Shown piece after piece: positions 19,878 through 29,976 of a stretch of DNA of 58,671 nucleotides. Source of the DNA: a virus. Lineage: Duplodnaviria > Caudoviricetes. The notes beneath the pieces are model-generated. The model was not told where the DNA came from. It searched no databases and saw nothing but the letters and a program-made list of their open reading frames with translations. The DNA lies in the IMG/VR virus record IMGVR_UViG_3300032323_001828, positions 1 through 58,671 of that record; one strand, 5' to 3'. Position 1 is the first letter of the stretch. The number at the start of each line of letters is the position of its first letter. A program made the position numbers and the translations under genes.

Positions 19878-20162
19878 TTATCCCACCGTTACATTTGGAC
19901 TGCCGCCAGATCTGGCATGTCCGCAAGTATCGATGTCATCGGCTAGAACCAATGGCACGCCGTTGACCAGTACAGTGGAATTTTTAGTCTGCGTTTTTGC
20001 ATTACAATGAATATTTTGACCTCTTTGTCCACATGGTACATGCGGACCCACGGAAGAATCTTTTACGGCCACAGCACGTCCGTTGATCAGTACAGTGTTA
20101 TCACCATTCAGTATGATACCACCTGCACTGTTTTGATCACCTACTCGTTGTACTGCTGGCAC
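19878..20162 (-). CDS. PAAR-domain baseplate spike tip protein (gp5.4-like)
   Basis: MPAVQRVGD, VLINGRAVA, H/C ligands, DTCGH...GSPNVTVG. Confidence 0.9.
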   Translation of the reverse strand: MPAVQRVGDQNSAGGIILNGDNTVLINGRAVAVKDSSVGPHVPCGQRGQNIHCNAKTQTKNSTVLVNGVPLVLADDIDTCGHARSGGSPNVTVG

Positions 20163-20165
20163 TGG

Positions 20166-20468
20166 TTATCCCATTAAAATTTTGCTGTTTCTTACTGGTT
20201 TAATACCAGTGGTTGCTTCCAGATAGCTATCACACACTTCGTCACGACTGGGTGCAATAATTGATACCTGTTGTTTATTTATAACCACAGTTTTGTCCGG
20301 ATCTGCTGTGAACAGGCTGTTCATCATGTTGATGCCTTGTGGGCCCGGTACCACTGTGAGCGGCTTGGATGCTGTGTAGGTGGTATCTGTTTCTTGTGTA
20401 ATTTTTGCTACAATTTCATCGCCATTGGCAATTTTAAGTGTGTAAACTTGATCTAATTCTACTTTCAT
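20166..20468 (-). CDS. Sm-like fold T4-type hypothetical protein
   Basis: TLKIANGDEIVAKI...KPL...YLEATTGI pattern. Confidence 0.65.
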   Translation of the reverse strand: MKVELDQVYTLKIANGDEIVAKITQETDTTYTASKPLTVVPGPQGINMMNSLFTADPDKTVVINKQQVSIIAPSRDEVCDSYLEATTGIKPVRNSKILMG

Positions 20469-20469
20469 T

Positions 20470-20694
20470 TTATCCTCGTAAGTGACTTCGTAAATCGGTA
20501 AATCCGCCAATGTGTTGATCGTCTAGAAAAATCTGCGGTAATGTTCTGGCGTCGGGCACCGCTTCTAGCAACTGCTCTCGTGTCCAATCTTTGCTGACAT
20601 TGCGTTCTTCATATTCAATACCACGTGCTTCTAATAATGCTTTGGCCTGCACACAAAAAGGACAGGCATCTTTTGACCAAACTATTGCTTTCAT
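20470..20694 (-). CDS. glutaredoxin
   Basis: CPFC active site, TLPQIF, IGGFTDL. Confidence 0.95.
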   Translation of the reverse strand: MKAIVWSKDACPFCVQAKALLEARGIEYEERNVSKDWTREQLLEAVPDARTLPQIFLDDQHIGGFTDLRSHLRG

Positions 20695-20713
20695 ATCGTC
20701 TCCTTACTTGCTA

Positions 20714-21814
20714 TTATAAACTAGGCAAGGCGTCATAGTCAAGACTGTCACTCATTGCACCAATAACATAGTTAGTTGATTCGTTCTCTTGGAGTGCAGT
20801 TTGTTTGTTTGAAGTATTGACGTGCTTGTTAAACCAAGGAATAGGTGTGGTTTTGGGTGCAGGTGTCAGGTACTTGATGCCAATTTCTTTAAGGGCATGA
20901 GCTGCGGTATAGTCTACAAAGTCTTTGAGGATATTGGCATTGAGTCCGATTACTGGACCGCGGTTAAACAGGTAGTCTGCCCACTGTTTTTCTTCGCGGA
21001 TCACATCCAGGTACATGTTGTAGACTTCCTGTTCACATTCCACCTTGGCACGGGCAAAGCGTGGATCTTCCTTGACCACCTGATTGATAATCCAACCAGT
21101 CCAGTCCTTGTGCAGGATTTCGTCTTGTAAAATTAGACTAATGATGTTTCCGTTTCCAATAAAGATACGATTCTCTACCATGGCCAGGCTTGTGGCAAAA
21201 CTTACCATGAAGCGGAAAGCCTCCAGACCATAACTAGCATTAAGTGCCAACCAGATGGCCTTGATGTGTTCGTATTCATCAAATTCTTCTTGGAGTTCTT
21301 TTCTACAATTGATCATGTGTAGTCTATCGTAGTATAGACCAATGCTGCTGGCCATGCTGACAATTTCTTCAGTGTCATGGATAGTGTTGAACACTTCTTT
21401 GGGTACATTATAGATGTTGCGTATGATATGACTGTAGCTACGTGAATGAATGTTGGTTTCGAAGAAACCCCAGTTGTACATCAGTGCTTCCAGTTCTGGA
21501 ATACCAACTACCGGAGTGAATACCTGTGTAGGGCCACGGCCTTGTAGGCTGTCCAATGCAGTTTGACGCAGAAGATTGCTGGTAAAGATATGCTTGACTG
21601 TGTCGCTGGCTTCTTTAAAGTCTCCGGCATCCTTAGTCAGCGAGATCTCTTCTGGAACCCAAAAAAATCCACGTGCTTCTGCTTCGAACTTTGTTAACTT
21701 CGAATATTTTACCTCTTCGAATCTCTGTATAGTTACAGGACCCGCAGGATCCAGAAACATCTTACGTTGTAAGTAATCTGTTTTTGTTTTTAAGTTATAT
21801 TGTGCTTGGCTCAT
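20714..21814 (-). CDS. nrdB: ribonucleotide reductase class Ia beta subunit
   Basis: FWVPEEISL, QTALDSLQGR, ETNIHSRSY, EAFRFMVSF, DEILH. Confidence 0.97.
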   Translation of the reverse strand: MSQAQYNLKTKTDYLQRKMFLDPAGPVTIQRFEEVKYSKLTKFEAEARGFFWVPEEISLTKDAGDFKEASDTVKHIFTSNLLRQTALDSLQGRGPTQVFTPVVGIPELEALMYNWGFFETNIHSRSYSHIIRNIYNVPKEVFNTIHDTEEIVSMASSIGLYYDRLHMINCRKELQEEFDEYEHIKAIWLALNASYGLEAFRFMVSFATSLAMVENRIFIGNGNIISLILQDEILHKDWTGWIINQVVKEDPRFARAKVECEQEVYNMYLDVIREEKQWADYLFNRGPVIGLNANILKDFVDYTAAHALKEIGIKYLTPAPKTTPIPWFNKHVNTSNKQTALQENESTNYVIGAMSDSLDYDALPSL

Positions 21815-22914
21815 AATTGTTCTAATGCCTCGTTAAGTGTTGCAACTGTTGAACTGATGTTCATCAATTTGTCTATTCCAAACAGACCAATTCGGAATGT
21901 TTGGAAGTCACTGCGCTCGCCTACCTGTAAAGGTACACCGGCTGCAGTTTGATATCCCAATGCCCTAAACCTACTGGCATTTTGCATATCTTTATCTTGT
22001 GTATAGCATACTACTACTCCTGGAGCATGATATCCAAGGGCCGCAACACTGGGGTATCCGTAACTGATCAACATGTCACGTACCTGCGTGCCTAGATTAT
22101 ACTGTAGACTTTTGAGATTATCAAATCCTATCTGTTCAGTTTCCAACATGGTATCACGTAATTCTTTAAGGGCATTGGTTGGCATGGTGGTATGATAAAT
22201 GAACGCACCCTTTTCATAAGTTTCCATTACCTGTGTCCATTTCAGCACATCCATGCTGTAACTGGTGCTGACTGTGGTGTCCAGAGTGTGTCTGGCACGG
22301 GCACTCATGGCAATCAAAGCACAACACGGAGCACTGCTCCAACCTTTTTGTGGTGCAGTGATCACTACATCAATGCCCAAGGCTTTCATATCAACCCAGG
22401 CAGCTCCTGAGGCAATGCAGTCCAACACAAACAAGGATCCTGCGTCGCGGCATGCTTGGCCTATTTTACTGAGATAGTTATCAGGCAGGATCATTCCGCA
22501 ACTGGTCTCCACATGCGGAGCAAATACCACTGCTGGCCGATGTGTGGCAATGTAATCAACCACTTGATCAACATCAGCTGGCACAAATGGCGCCTGTGGT
22601 AGATCCTCAACTTGATGACCTGTGATCACATGCACTGACCGGGCAATACCGGCCATGTCAAATATCTGTGTCCAACGATAACTAAACCAACCGTTGCGTA
22701 TGATCAAGATGTCTTTGTCATTGGCAAACTGTCGTGCCACTGCTTCCATACCAAAGGTACCTGAGCCTGGAACAATCACTGCTGAATCTGCCGCATAGGC
22801 AGTTTTCAATACTCGGCTGATGTCTTTCATGATGTCTACAAATTCGTCACTCATGTGATTCAAACTTCGATCTGTGTAGACCACCGAGAATTCTTTTAAT
22901 TTGGTATATGCCAT
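21811..22914 (-). CDS. class V PLP-dependent aminotransferase (serine-pyruvate / alanine-glyoxylate type)
   Basis: EFSVVYTDRSLNHMS, PGSGTFGMEA, HVETS, DCIASG, APQKGW (PLP Lys), FRIGLFG. Confidence 0.92.
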   Translation of the reverse strand: MAYTKLKEFSVVYTDRSLNHMSDEFVDIMKDISRVLKTAYAADSAVIVPGSGTFGMEAVARQFANDKDILIIRNGWFSYRWTQIFDMAGIARSVHVITGHQVEDLPQAPFVPADVDQVVDYIATHRPAVVFAPHVETSCGMILPDNYLSKIGQACRDAGSLFVLDCIASGAAWVDMKALGIDVVITAPQKGWSSAPCCALIAMSARARHTLDTTVSTSYSMDVLKWTQVMETYEKGAFIYHTTMPTNALKELRDTMLETEQIGFDNLKSLQYNLGTQVRDMLISYGYPSVAALGYHAPGVVVCYTQDKDMQNASRFRALGYQTAAGVPLQVGERSDFQTFRIGLFGIDKLMNISSTVATLNEALEQL

Positions 22915-22916
22915 TG

Positions 22917-23162
22917 TTATATCTTGTCTTGGTTGGTTAAATTTGGTTCATTCCATATGTTTCTATTGTGTCGTACACTTTCTTTCAACAATCTCCAGGT
23001 GCGTTCCCCGGCAGTTTCGGTCCATGTAAAATGCAAGCTATTTATTGGGGGTCGTCCTGTGGTTTCATCGTACAAGGATTTGTGCTGGTAATACCGGTTT
23101 AACCAAATCCATTTGCCACTGGTAACCTGCGTAGGTAAACACGCAAATTGTTCACTTGTCAT
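22917..23162 (-). CDS. hypothetical protein
   Basis: MTSEQFACLPTQVTSGKWIWLNRYY; start trimmed. Confidence 0.6.
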   Translation of the reverse strand: MTSEQFACLPTQVTSGKWIWLNRYYQHKSLYDETTGRPPINSLHFTWTETAGERTWRLLKESVRHNRNIWNEPNLTNQDKI

Positions 23163-23778
23163 AGTTGCCAGAAGCAAGCACAATCTTGCAAATGTGCTCC
23201 AATCTTTCAATGTGTTCGTAGGCACGCCATGGGCTGGTGTCAATAGCAACGACTCCGTGCCCTTTGATGCCCACAATATCATACTCAATATTACCAACAT
23301 GATCTAACTGTAATTTTTCAAAACATTGATTTGCTAACTCTTGGCTGATAGGAGGAACATCATCCACGTTTGGTGCTACTCGAGTATAACGATTCAGTTC
23401 TGGAAATGCCGTACTGACAGTACTGAGATCAATGCCGGCATGCATGGCTGCAATGCAGTAGGTAGGATGCACATGAACAACTACTCTGACTTCATCTACC
23501 TGTTGCCCCATTGCTCGTTGTAGACCAAAATGTAAAGGAATCTCTCCGCTGGGCCTTAAGTTAGCACTAATGTCTGTGTAATCTAGTTCCATCCAGGTTT
23601 GATTATAAATGCCAATTTTTTTAAACTGGTCCGGCTGTAGTGTTTGCTTACGCACACCCGAAGGTGTGATATAAAAGTGATCACGGTCGTGATGACGTAT
23701 TGACACGTTGCCATCACGGCTGGTGATCCAGTTGCGCTTGTAGGCATCCTCCAGCACTTCACATATGGTTTCTAACAT
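23152..23778 (-). CDS. class II aldolase/adducin family protein
   Basis: GNVS, ITPSG, PSGEIPLH, HVHP and KGHGVV Zn-binding motifs. Confidence 0.92.
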   Translation of the reverse strand: MLETICEVLEDAYKRNWITSRDGNVSIRHHDRDHFYITPSGVRKQTLQPDQFKKIGIYNQTWMELDYTDISANLRPSGEIPLHFGLQRAMGQQVDEVRVVVHVHPTYCIAAMHAGIDLSTVSTAFPELNRYTRVAPNVDDVPPISQELANQCFEKLQLDHVGNIEYDIVGIKGHGVVAIDTSPWRAYEHIERLEHICKIVLASGNYDK

Positions 23779-24479
23779 TTAATTTCTTTCCACTCTTTAT
23801 CTTTTGTAGGGACCCAGCCACTTCTAAAATATTTTACCATATTCATAAACGGTCCTACCTTTGTATAATAATCAGAATCCGTATAATTTCCATTTTCAGT
23901 TAGTGTTAATAAACGGCAATACGATGGCATATTATTTTCTAACCAAACTTTATAAATCTTATCTGCATTACTCCAAATACTTTTTGTATAATCAGTAGCT
24001 CTTGGATGTTTCCAAGGTTTTAAACCAGCGCACGGATTTTTATCACCGATCATTTTGTTTGATAATATTTCTCGACCTTTTTCTGTTAACCATTCTTCGG
24101 AAGGTGGGCGACCTTTACCATAATAATGATGTCTTGTGCCGCTACGAGGATTTAATTTTTGTGGGTTATTAGGGCCTTTCATATATTCACTAAATCTTTT
24201 CTTTAACCATCCGTACGTTTTATTATTTCGTTTAGGTCCAACAGTATGACCTGCTGACATAAACATTGCTGCTCTAACCAATCCTATATGTCCTGGATTT
24301 ATTTTAACCAACAACTGATGACAAACATAATGTTCTTCTGGTGTAAGATAAACTAAGTTATTTTTATCATCATTACCACCTAAGCATCTTGGAACAATAT
24401 GATGTTCTTCAACATATTCTAATGACTGTCGTTCTTTGCCGCGTTCAATAATAGTATTATATATTTTTTGATAATTCAT
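23772..24479 (-). CDS. free-standing HNH homing endonuclease
   Basis: MNYQKIY...EEHHIVPRCLGG...NLVYLTPEEHYVCHQLL; markedly AT-rich. Confidence 0.9.
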   Translation of the reverse strand: MNYQKIYNTIIERGKERQSLEYVEEHHIVPRCLGGNDDKNNLVYLTPEEHYVCHQLLVKINPGHIGLVRAAMFMSAGHTVGPKRNNKTYGWLKKRFSEYMKGPNNPQKLNPRSGTRHHYYGKGRPPSEEWLTEKGREILSNKMIGDKNPCAGLKPWKHPRATDYTKSIWSNADKIYKVWLENNMPSYCRLLTLTENGNYTDSDYYTKVGPFMNMVKYFRSGWVPTKDKEWKEIKC

Positions 24480-24508
24480 ACTATTATTTATTACAGTTTA
24501 CAGGACTA

Positions 24509-26830
24509 CTACAGTTTGCAGGCCAAACAATCCTCCTCTGATTTGTCAAAGTCAATTGCTTCTAACTTGCCTTCTACAGCTTCATCTTGACCTTTGCTAC
24601 CTTGCTTGTTGATCAAGCTGTAGTAAAATGTTTTCAATCCCCAACGATGTGCCAACATCAAGTTCTTGGCAATCAGTGTAGTTGGTACCTTACGGTCTGC
24701 CCAGTGTGCTGGATTATAAAATGTGTTAGTACTAATTGATTGATCCACATAGGCTGCAATTACAGCCGCTGTTTTGAGATAACCATCACAGTCCTTCTGG
24801 GCCCACATGAGTTGATATTTGTTTTTTAACTTGTTGTACTCAGGTGCTACTTGAATCAAACTTCCTGCTTTTGATTCTTTAACAGTGATCAAGCTCATTG
24901 GCATCTCGATGCCGTTGGTTGAATTGATTACAACACTGGAGCTTTCAACCGGTGCCACTGCCATCAAGGTAGCGTTGCGAACGCCGTGTACTTTCATCAG
25001 CCCACGCAACTTTTCCCAATCCAACTCTGGTTTGAAGTTTGCCAATTCGTTGACGGCAGTTGCACGACGCTCCCATGGAAATTCACCCTGACCGTAACGG
25101 GTCAATCCAGAATGGCTGCAAGGTCCACGTTCTTTGGCCAATTCAACTGTGGCTTCTGTTAAGTAGTAGGCCTGATGTTCCATCCACGATTTAACCTCTT
25201 GTAGTGCATCCTTTTCGCCGTAAAGTAGGCCACGCTTGGCATGCCAGTAGGCCAGATTGGTGATACCAATGCCCAAGGGCTGAATTTCTTGATTGCTGAG
25301 TTGACTTTGAATACTTAGAAAATCCTGATAATCTAGGATATTACATAGACTACGCTGTAGGATTCTGCAGGCTCGTCTCATGTCTTCAGGATTGCGGAAC
25401 GCACCCCAATTGATCGACCCTAATGTGCATAGTGCAATACGGCCTTCATCATCGTCTAGACGTTTGAAGCTCTTGGTTGGCAACAAGATTTCACAACACA
25501 GATTGCTTTGATAAATGGCGTGATATTCAGGATCAAACGGTCCTTGATTCATCACATTGTCAATAAACACCAGATAGATACGTCCTGTATCAGTGCGTTC
25601 TTTAAGAATGCCCGACTTGAATACTTCTTCTGCGGCCATGACTTTCTTGCGCAGATTTTTTTGTCGTTCATACTTGACATACAACTCTTCAAACAGTTCG
25701 GTATTCCGGTAAAATGCTTCGTACAGATCGGGAACTTCGTTGGGATCAAAGAATGTTATGTTTTCTTTGTTTTTGAATCTACGCCAGAACATGGCATTAA
25801 GCACAACCCCATAATCCATATGGCGTACTCGGGTTTCTTCTGTGCCTTGGTTGTTTTTGAGTACAATAAGATCATCAAACTGATAATGCCAAATAGGATA
25901 GAATACAGTAGCACTTGCATTGCGGATACCTCCTTGTGAACATGAGCGCAGGTCGCCAAACCATTTTTTCAAGAATGGGATCATGCCGGTGTGCATGACT
26001 TCTCCTCCGCGAATGGGAGCACCAAGTGGGCGCAAGCGGCCAATTTCCAAGCCAATACCAGCTCGCTTGGCCGCATACTTGGCCATCATCTCTCCAGAAG
26101 CAAATATGCTATCCAGATCGTCGTCAGTGCGGATAAGCACACAACTAGAAAACTGCTTAGTAGGAGTGCCAAGCCCAGCCAACACAGGTGTAGCAAGAGT
26201 AAACAGGCCATCGGATGCCGCATTATAATATTCTTTAATGTAACGCATCCTTGCGCTATTCGGTTCTTCTCGATGGAACACAGTTGCTGCCGCAACCATG
26301 TATCTAATTTGTGGAGTTTCATAAGTTTCCTTTGTGGCCCTATTCTTGACCAGATACTTTTCGATCAGTTGTTCGATGGCTGCATAACTATACTGTTCAT
26401 CTTTGTCATGATCCAGCATGTCGTTCATCTTGTTCCAGTCTTCTTCGGTGTACCACTCTAGTAGTTCACTGGTGTACAAACCTGTTGCCACATTCTTCTT
26501 TACAATGTCATATAGATGTGGGGGTTCGTATTGGCCATACACATCCTTGCGCAACATGCTAAGACGTTGCTTGCCAGCCACATACTGATAATTGGTGTGA
26601 CCCACATCCGGGTTAGATTCCACATCAATTAGGTCCACTATGGCTCTCAAAGTGATGCCATCAATTTCTTGTGTGGTAATGCCATCATAAAAATGCAACT
26701 GTGCTTTGATTTCCACCATGCTCTGACTTACATCTGCAATTCCCTGACATATCTTGGCCACCTGAGCCTGCCATTTTTCAATATGCAATGGTTCTTTCAC
26801 ACCATTTCTTTTAACCACTGTGATCTGCAT
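24509..26830 (-). CDS. nrdA: ribonucleotide reductase class Ia alpha subunit
   Basis: ATP-cone (VVKRNG), FSSCVL, QSNLCCEI, APVESSS, C-terminal CLAC. Confidence 0.98.
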   Translation of the reverse strand: MQITVVKRNGVKEPLHIEKWQAQVAKICQGIADVSQSMVEIKAQLHFYDGITTQEIDGITLRAIVDLIDVESNPDVGHTNYQYVAGKQRLSMLRKDVYGQYEPPHLYDIVKKNVATGLYTSELLEWYTEEDWNKMNDMLDHDKDEQYSYAAIEQLIEKYLVKNRATKETYETPQIRYMVAAATVFHREEPNSARMRYIKEYYNAASDGLFTLATPVLAGLGTPTKQFSSCVLIRTDDDLDSIFASGEMMAKYAAKRAGIGLEIGRLRPLGAPIRGGEVMHTGMIPFLKKWFGDLRSCSQGGIRNASATVFYPIWHYQFDDLIVLKNNQGTEETRVRHMDYGVVLNAMFWRRFKNKENITFFDPNEVPDLYEAFYRNTELFEELYVKYERQKNLRKKVMAAEEVFKSGILKERTDTGRIYLVFIDNVMNQGPFDPEYHAIYQSNLCCEILLPTKSFKRLDDDEGRIALCTLGSINWGAFRNPEDMRRACRILQRSLCNILDYQDFLSIQSQLSNQEIQPLGIGITNLAYWHAKRGLLYGEKDALQEVKSWMEHQAYYLTEATVELAKERGPCSHSGLTRYGQGEFPWERRATAVNELANFKPELDWEKLRGLMKVHGVRNATLMAVAPVESSSVVINSTNGIEMPMSLITVKESKAGSLIQVAPEYNKLKNKYQLMWAQKDCDGYLKTAAVIAAYVDQSISTNTFYNPAHWADRKVPTTLIAKNLMLAHRWGLKTFYYSLINKQGSKGQDEAVEGKLEAIDFDKSEEDCLACKL

Positions 26831-26863
26831 TGTTCTATCTCATTCTTTTAGTTGTGTGTACTG

Positions 26864-27280
26864 CTAGAGTATTTGATGTTGCTGGTATTGCCGTTTAATT
26901 GTGTCTACCTGATTGGTATTTACAATACATTCAGCTTCCCAATTAAGTATATATTTTTCTTTTGAGACCTGCACTAAATTACTGCTATTTCCTGTCAAAA
27001 TCAGGTGTGCAGGCGCCATATCTGCACGGTCCAACAAAGTTATAGTATACAGGATTCCTAGTCCTCTTGCAAGGTCACAATAGATATTGTCACTCAAAAG
27101 TTGCCAGGGATCGGGCCAAGCAGATTGATCGTCCCAGTGTAGATAGTAAGGTTGCCAAGGAGCGCCAAACCACCATGTGTTTACGTTTTTTAGTGCTAAT
27201 TCTACAGGAAGAGATTGTACCTGCTCTCGCAACCGATTCCAACTGGCGAGTCGTGTATCAAAAGTCGTGGGCCAGGTCAA
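26864..27280 (-). CDS. conserved phage hypothetical protein
   Basis: RLASW..LR...WPDPWQLL...YCDLARGLG. Confidence 0.7.
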   Translation of the reverse strand: MTWPTTFDTRLASWNRLREQVQSLPVELALKNVNTWWFGAPWQPYYLHWDDQSAWPDPWQLLSDNIYCDLARGLGILYTITLLDRADMAPAHLILTGNSSNLVQVSKEKYILNWEAECIVNTNQVDTIKRQYQQHQIL

Positions 27281-28869
27281 GCTAGATATGTAATGCTATA
27301 GGTCATTGTGGCGTTGGTGCCAGTGTTGGTTGCTGTATATAAGAAACTTACTGTATCGCCGGATTGATCAACTGATAAAGCGATCCCGGTATTGTTGTTT
27401 TCTACATAGTCATCACTGCTGGTGATGCCCAAACTAGAATCACCAATGTCTGTGGCCACTGTGATTGTGCCAGTACGATAAGCAAAATTTCTTACAATAG
27501 TATAATTTACACAGAATGCACGAACACGGGTGGCATTTAACTCAAACACTGTTCCGGTGTCGTCATCTACTAACGTAACACGTTGGCCACTTTCTCTTGT
27601 ATATGTGCCCATGGACAACTGTGATCCGTTGGTGGTGGCAATGCTGACTGTGTTGTTGAGATCGACTCGAGGATGAGTGGTTGAAAATGTGTCGGTTCTT
27701 TCAAACAGATCACTGATACTGATGTTGTTGTTGGACTGAATACTGATAATGCTAGTAAACGGGGTCCCGGTGGATCCTGTAAAATGATTACCCACATCGT
27801 AAAAAATATTATGACCACTGGCGTTGATGGCCAACACAAGATTACTGCCAAATATAATACCTTCTGCATAGATATTGTCAAACGTGTTGCCAACAATGCG
27901 GGTACCAGTTGGACCACCAGCTGTGACTGCAGCGGTGCCCAATACTATGCCTCTGTACAAGGTATCAAACAAGGAACTGGTCACTGTGACAGCCTTGGTC
28001 TGTTGATTGGTGTTGATACCCCAGACCAGCCCAGAAAATACACAGCCAGTAAAGGTAATCTGTTCACAAACGGTTCCACTTGTGCTGGCAAAACTGACAC
28101 CAATCGAATCGTTGGCATCTGACACCAGATCTGCTGTGGTAGAGGTTCCACGGAATCCTACATTCTGAAAACTACAGTTAGCAGCGTCCTGGACCAAAAA
28201 TACACTTTGTTCTGGATCCAGATGGGTAAAACCCATGTTGGTCACAGTAATGTATTCAGGCGGAGTAGCACCTGCATCACCTATGTTTACACCTATATTT
28301 TGTAAACTGTCTGCTGTGCGTGCCACATAATCAGCCACTCCGTCATCCATGACAATAACAGAACTGTCACTGCCTTCGCCATACAGAGTGGCATAAGGTG
28401 GAATCTTGATAACGCTGGTCACACGGTATACACCTGCTGGAAAGAACAAACTGCGACGAATCTGTGGGTTCACTTCTCTACAGTACAACTGGTACAAGGC
28501 TCGATTGATAGCTGCTGTGTCGTCGGTGACTCCGTCGCCGGTGGCTCCAAAGTCCAGCACACTGGCAAATTGATCCAACCAGTTCTGCAGACTGAGAGTA
28601 ACCGGAGAACCAGCGGTAACACCGGTTTGTACTGTGTATCCCGCTGCTTCGCCTTTGTAGGTATAGGTATTGGTAAAGTTTAAAATATCAGAGAATTCTG
28701 TAAGAATTTCAGTATTGCCTATTACAGGAGCGCCATCTTGTAGAGTCCCGTTGCCGATGTACAACTGGCGAGTATCAGTTGACCAGCCCAGTTCTGCCCC
28801 GGCTAGCTGTGGTAAGTTTTCCTGTAAACCTTTACGGTTTGTGATCTGCGATATTTGTACAATGGCCAC
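27277..28869 (-). CDS. tail spike / virion protein with Mtd-like N-terminus and pectate-lyase-3 beta-helix
   Basis: LAGAELGWSTDTRQLYIGNG; SVLDFGATGDGVTDDTAAINRAL...LFFPAGVY. Confidence 0.8.
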   Translation of the reverse strand: MAIVQISQITNRKGLQENLPQLAGAELGWSTDTRQLYIGNGTLQDGAPVIGNTEILTEFSDILNFTNTYTYKGEAAGYTVQTGVTAGSPVTLSLQNWLDQFASVLDFGATGDGVTDDTAAINRALYQLYCREVNPQIRRSLFFPAGVYRVTSVIKIPPYATLYGEGSDSSVIVMDDGVADYVARTADSLQNIGVNIGDAGATPPEYITVTNMGFTHLDPEQSVFLVQDAANCSFQNVGFRGTSTTADLVSDANDSIGVSFASTSGTVCEQITFTGCVFSGLVWGINTNQQTKAVTVTSSLFDTLYRGIVLGTAAVTAGGPTGTRIVGNTFDNIYAEGIIFGSNLVLAINASGHNIFYDVGNHFTGSTGTPFTSIISIQSNNNISISDLFERTDTFSTTHPRVDLNNTVSIATTNGSQLSMGTYTRESGQRVTLVDDDTGTVFELNATRVRAFCVNYTIVRNFAYRTGTITVATDIGDSSLGITSSDDYVENNNTGIALSVDQSGDTVSFLYTATNTGTNATMTYSITYLA

Positions 28870-28906
28870 GTGTGTTGTCCTTGAATTCTATCCAGTATTT
28901 AGCCGG

Positions 28907-29620
28907 TCACACTGTGAGATAATACTGCTCAAGCCGACGCCACCAAGCATCTGCCCAGTGGTCAAAATCCTTGGATTCTAAAGTAAATTCCTGGTATTCA
29001 GGGCGGGCTAGTGGGCGACCCATATCGTCAACAGGCGGTTTTACACACATGAGCACTACACCTTTGCGTATGTTGGTGCCATACACTTCATTGTGTGCTA
29101 GAGCATAGGCCACCAGTTGCAAGTAGTAATCAGTGATCCACTCTGACCGTTTGGGTTTGTTGGTTTGTTTAAAGTCTATTATGCTTTCATCTTGTTGATG
29201 CAGGCCCACACAATCAGTAGTGCCTGCATACAGTTTGGGAAAGTACAAAGGAACTTCTACTCCCCAGAATTCCGTGACGTTTTTAAGTCCATCCTCGATC
29301 ACTGTCTGTGCCATGGCATGGCTGGCCCAAGAATAGGGATTAGATCCTGGCTCTTTTAGTTCATTGTTTTTTACATAGTGTTCCAGATAGGTGTGCATTC
29401 TGGTGCCGCGATTGGCAGCTTCTGTGGTAATTTGTTGTGCCTTTGCGTGACCCACGTTCTTGCGCCATTGTTCCAGGGCGGCTTTGGCTTCTGCAGGTTT
29501 AGTTCGGTCCAGTATGGTTGTTACACTAGGAACCTTTGATCCATCTGGGGTAGAGTACAAGCGGCGACCTTCTTCGCTGGTACGGCTTAATTCATGATAG
29601 TTAAATTTTGGGTTGTACAT
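28907..29620 (-). CDS. PD-(D/E)XK exonuclease
   Basis: PSVTTIL, RGTRMH, YAGTTD, IIDFK, QLVAYA. Confidence 0.9.
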   Translation of the reverse strand: MYNPKFNYHELSRTSEEGRRLYSTPDGSKVPSVTTILDRTKPAEAKAALEQWRKNVGHAKAQQITTEAANRGTRMHTYLEHYVKNNELKEPGSNPYSWASHAMAQTVIEDGLKNVTEFWGVEVPLYFPKLYAGTTDCVGLHQQDESIIDFKQTNKPKRSEWITDYYLQLVAYALAHNEVYGTNIRKGVVLMCVKPPVDDMGRPLARPEYQEFTLESKDFDHWADAWWRRLEQYYLTV

Positions 29621-29626
29621 CAGTCA

Positions 29627-29655
29627 AGTATAGCACAAAATGTGTCAACAGTCAA
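29627..29655 (-). promoter_or_regulatory. sigma70-type promoter, 6 nt before the exonuclease ATG
   Basis: TTGACT-17 bp-TATACT. Confidence 0.6.
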
Positions 29656-29976
29656 CTAGATTCTAAATGACTCACCGCAACCGCACCGGTCTTTTTCTGA
29701 AGGATTGTTAAATTCAAAGCCTTCGTTAAGACCTTGCCTGACATAGTCAACATCAAGCTGACCCAAAATAGGCAAGCTCTTGGCATCGACTATAACAGAT
29801 ACGTCTTGGCTGGTAAACACAGTGTCTTCTTCATTGACACGATCCACGTACTCTAACACATACGCAAGTCCACTACAACCAGTGGTTCTAACACCTATAC
29901 GAATGCCGATGCCCGAGCCACGCCGTGCCAGATTCTGTTTGATCTTTTTAGCGGCTGCTTCAGTTACTGATATCAT
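29656..29976 (-). CDS. iscA: Fe-S cluster assembly protein IscA
   Basis: TTGCSGLAY and CGCGESF motifs. Confidence 0.96.
   Translation of the reverse strand: MISVTEAAAKKIKQNLARRGSGIGIRIGVRTTGCSGLAYVLEYVDRVNEEDTVFTSQDVSVIVDAKSLPILGQLDVDYVRQGLNEGFEFNNPSEKDRCGCGESFRI

Noticed and set aside
24509-26830. Intein or intron in nrdA, helicase or UvsW
   Set aside because: Lengths and motif spacing are normal; the HNH is free-standing, outside the coding sequence
28907-29620. Cas4-like nuclease suggesting a CRISPR system
   Set aside because: Lacks the four-Cys Fe-S motif and there are no cas genes or array; an ordinary phage PD-(D/E)XK exonuclease
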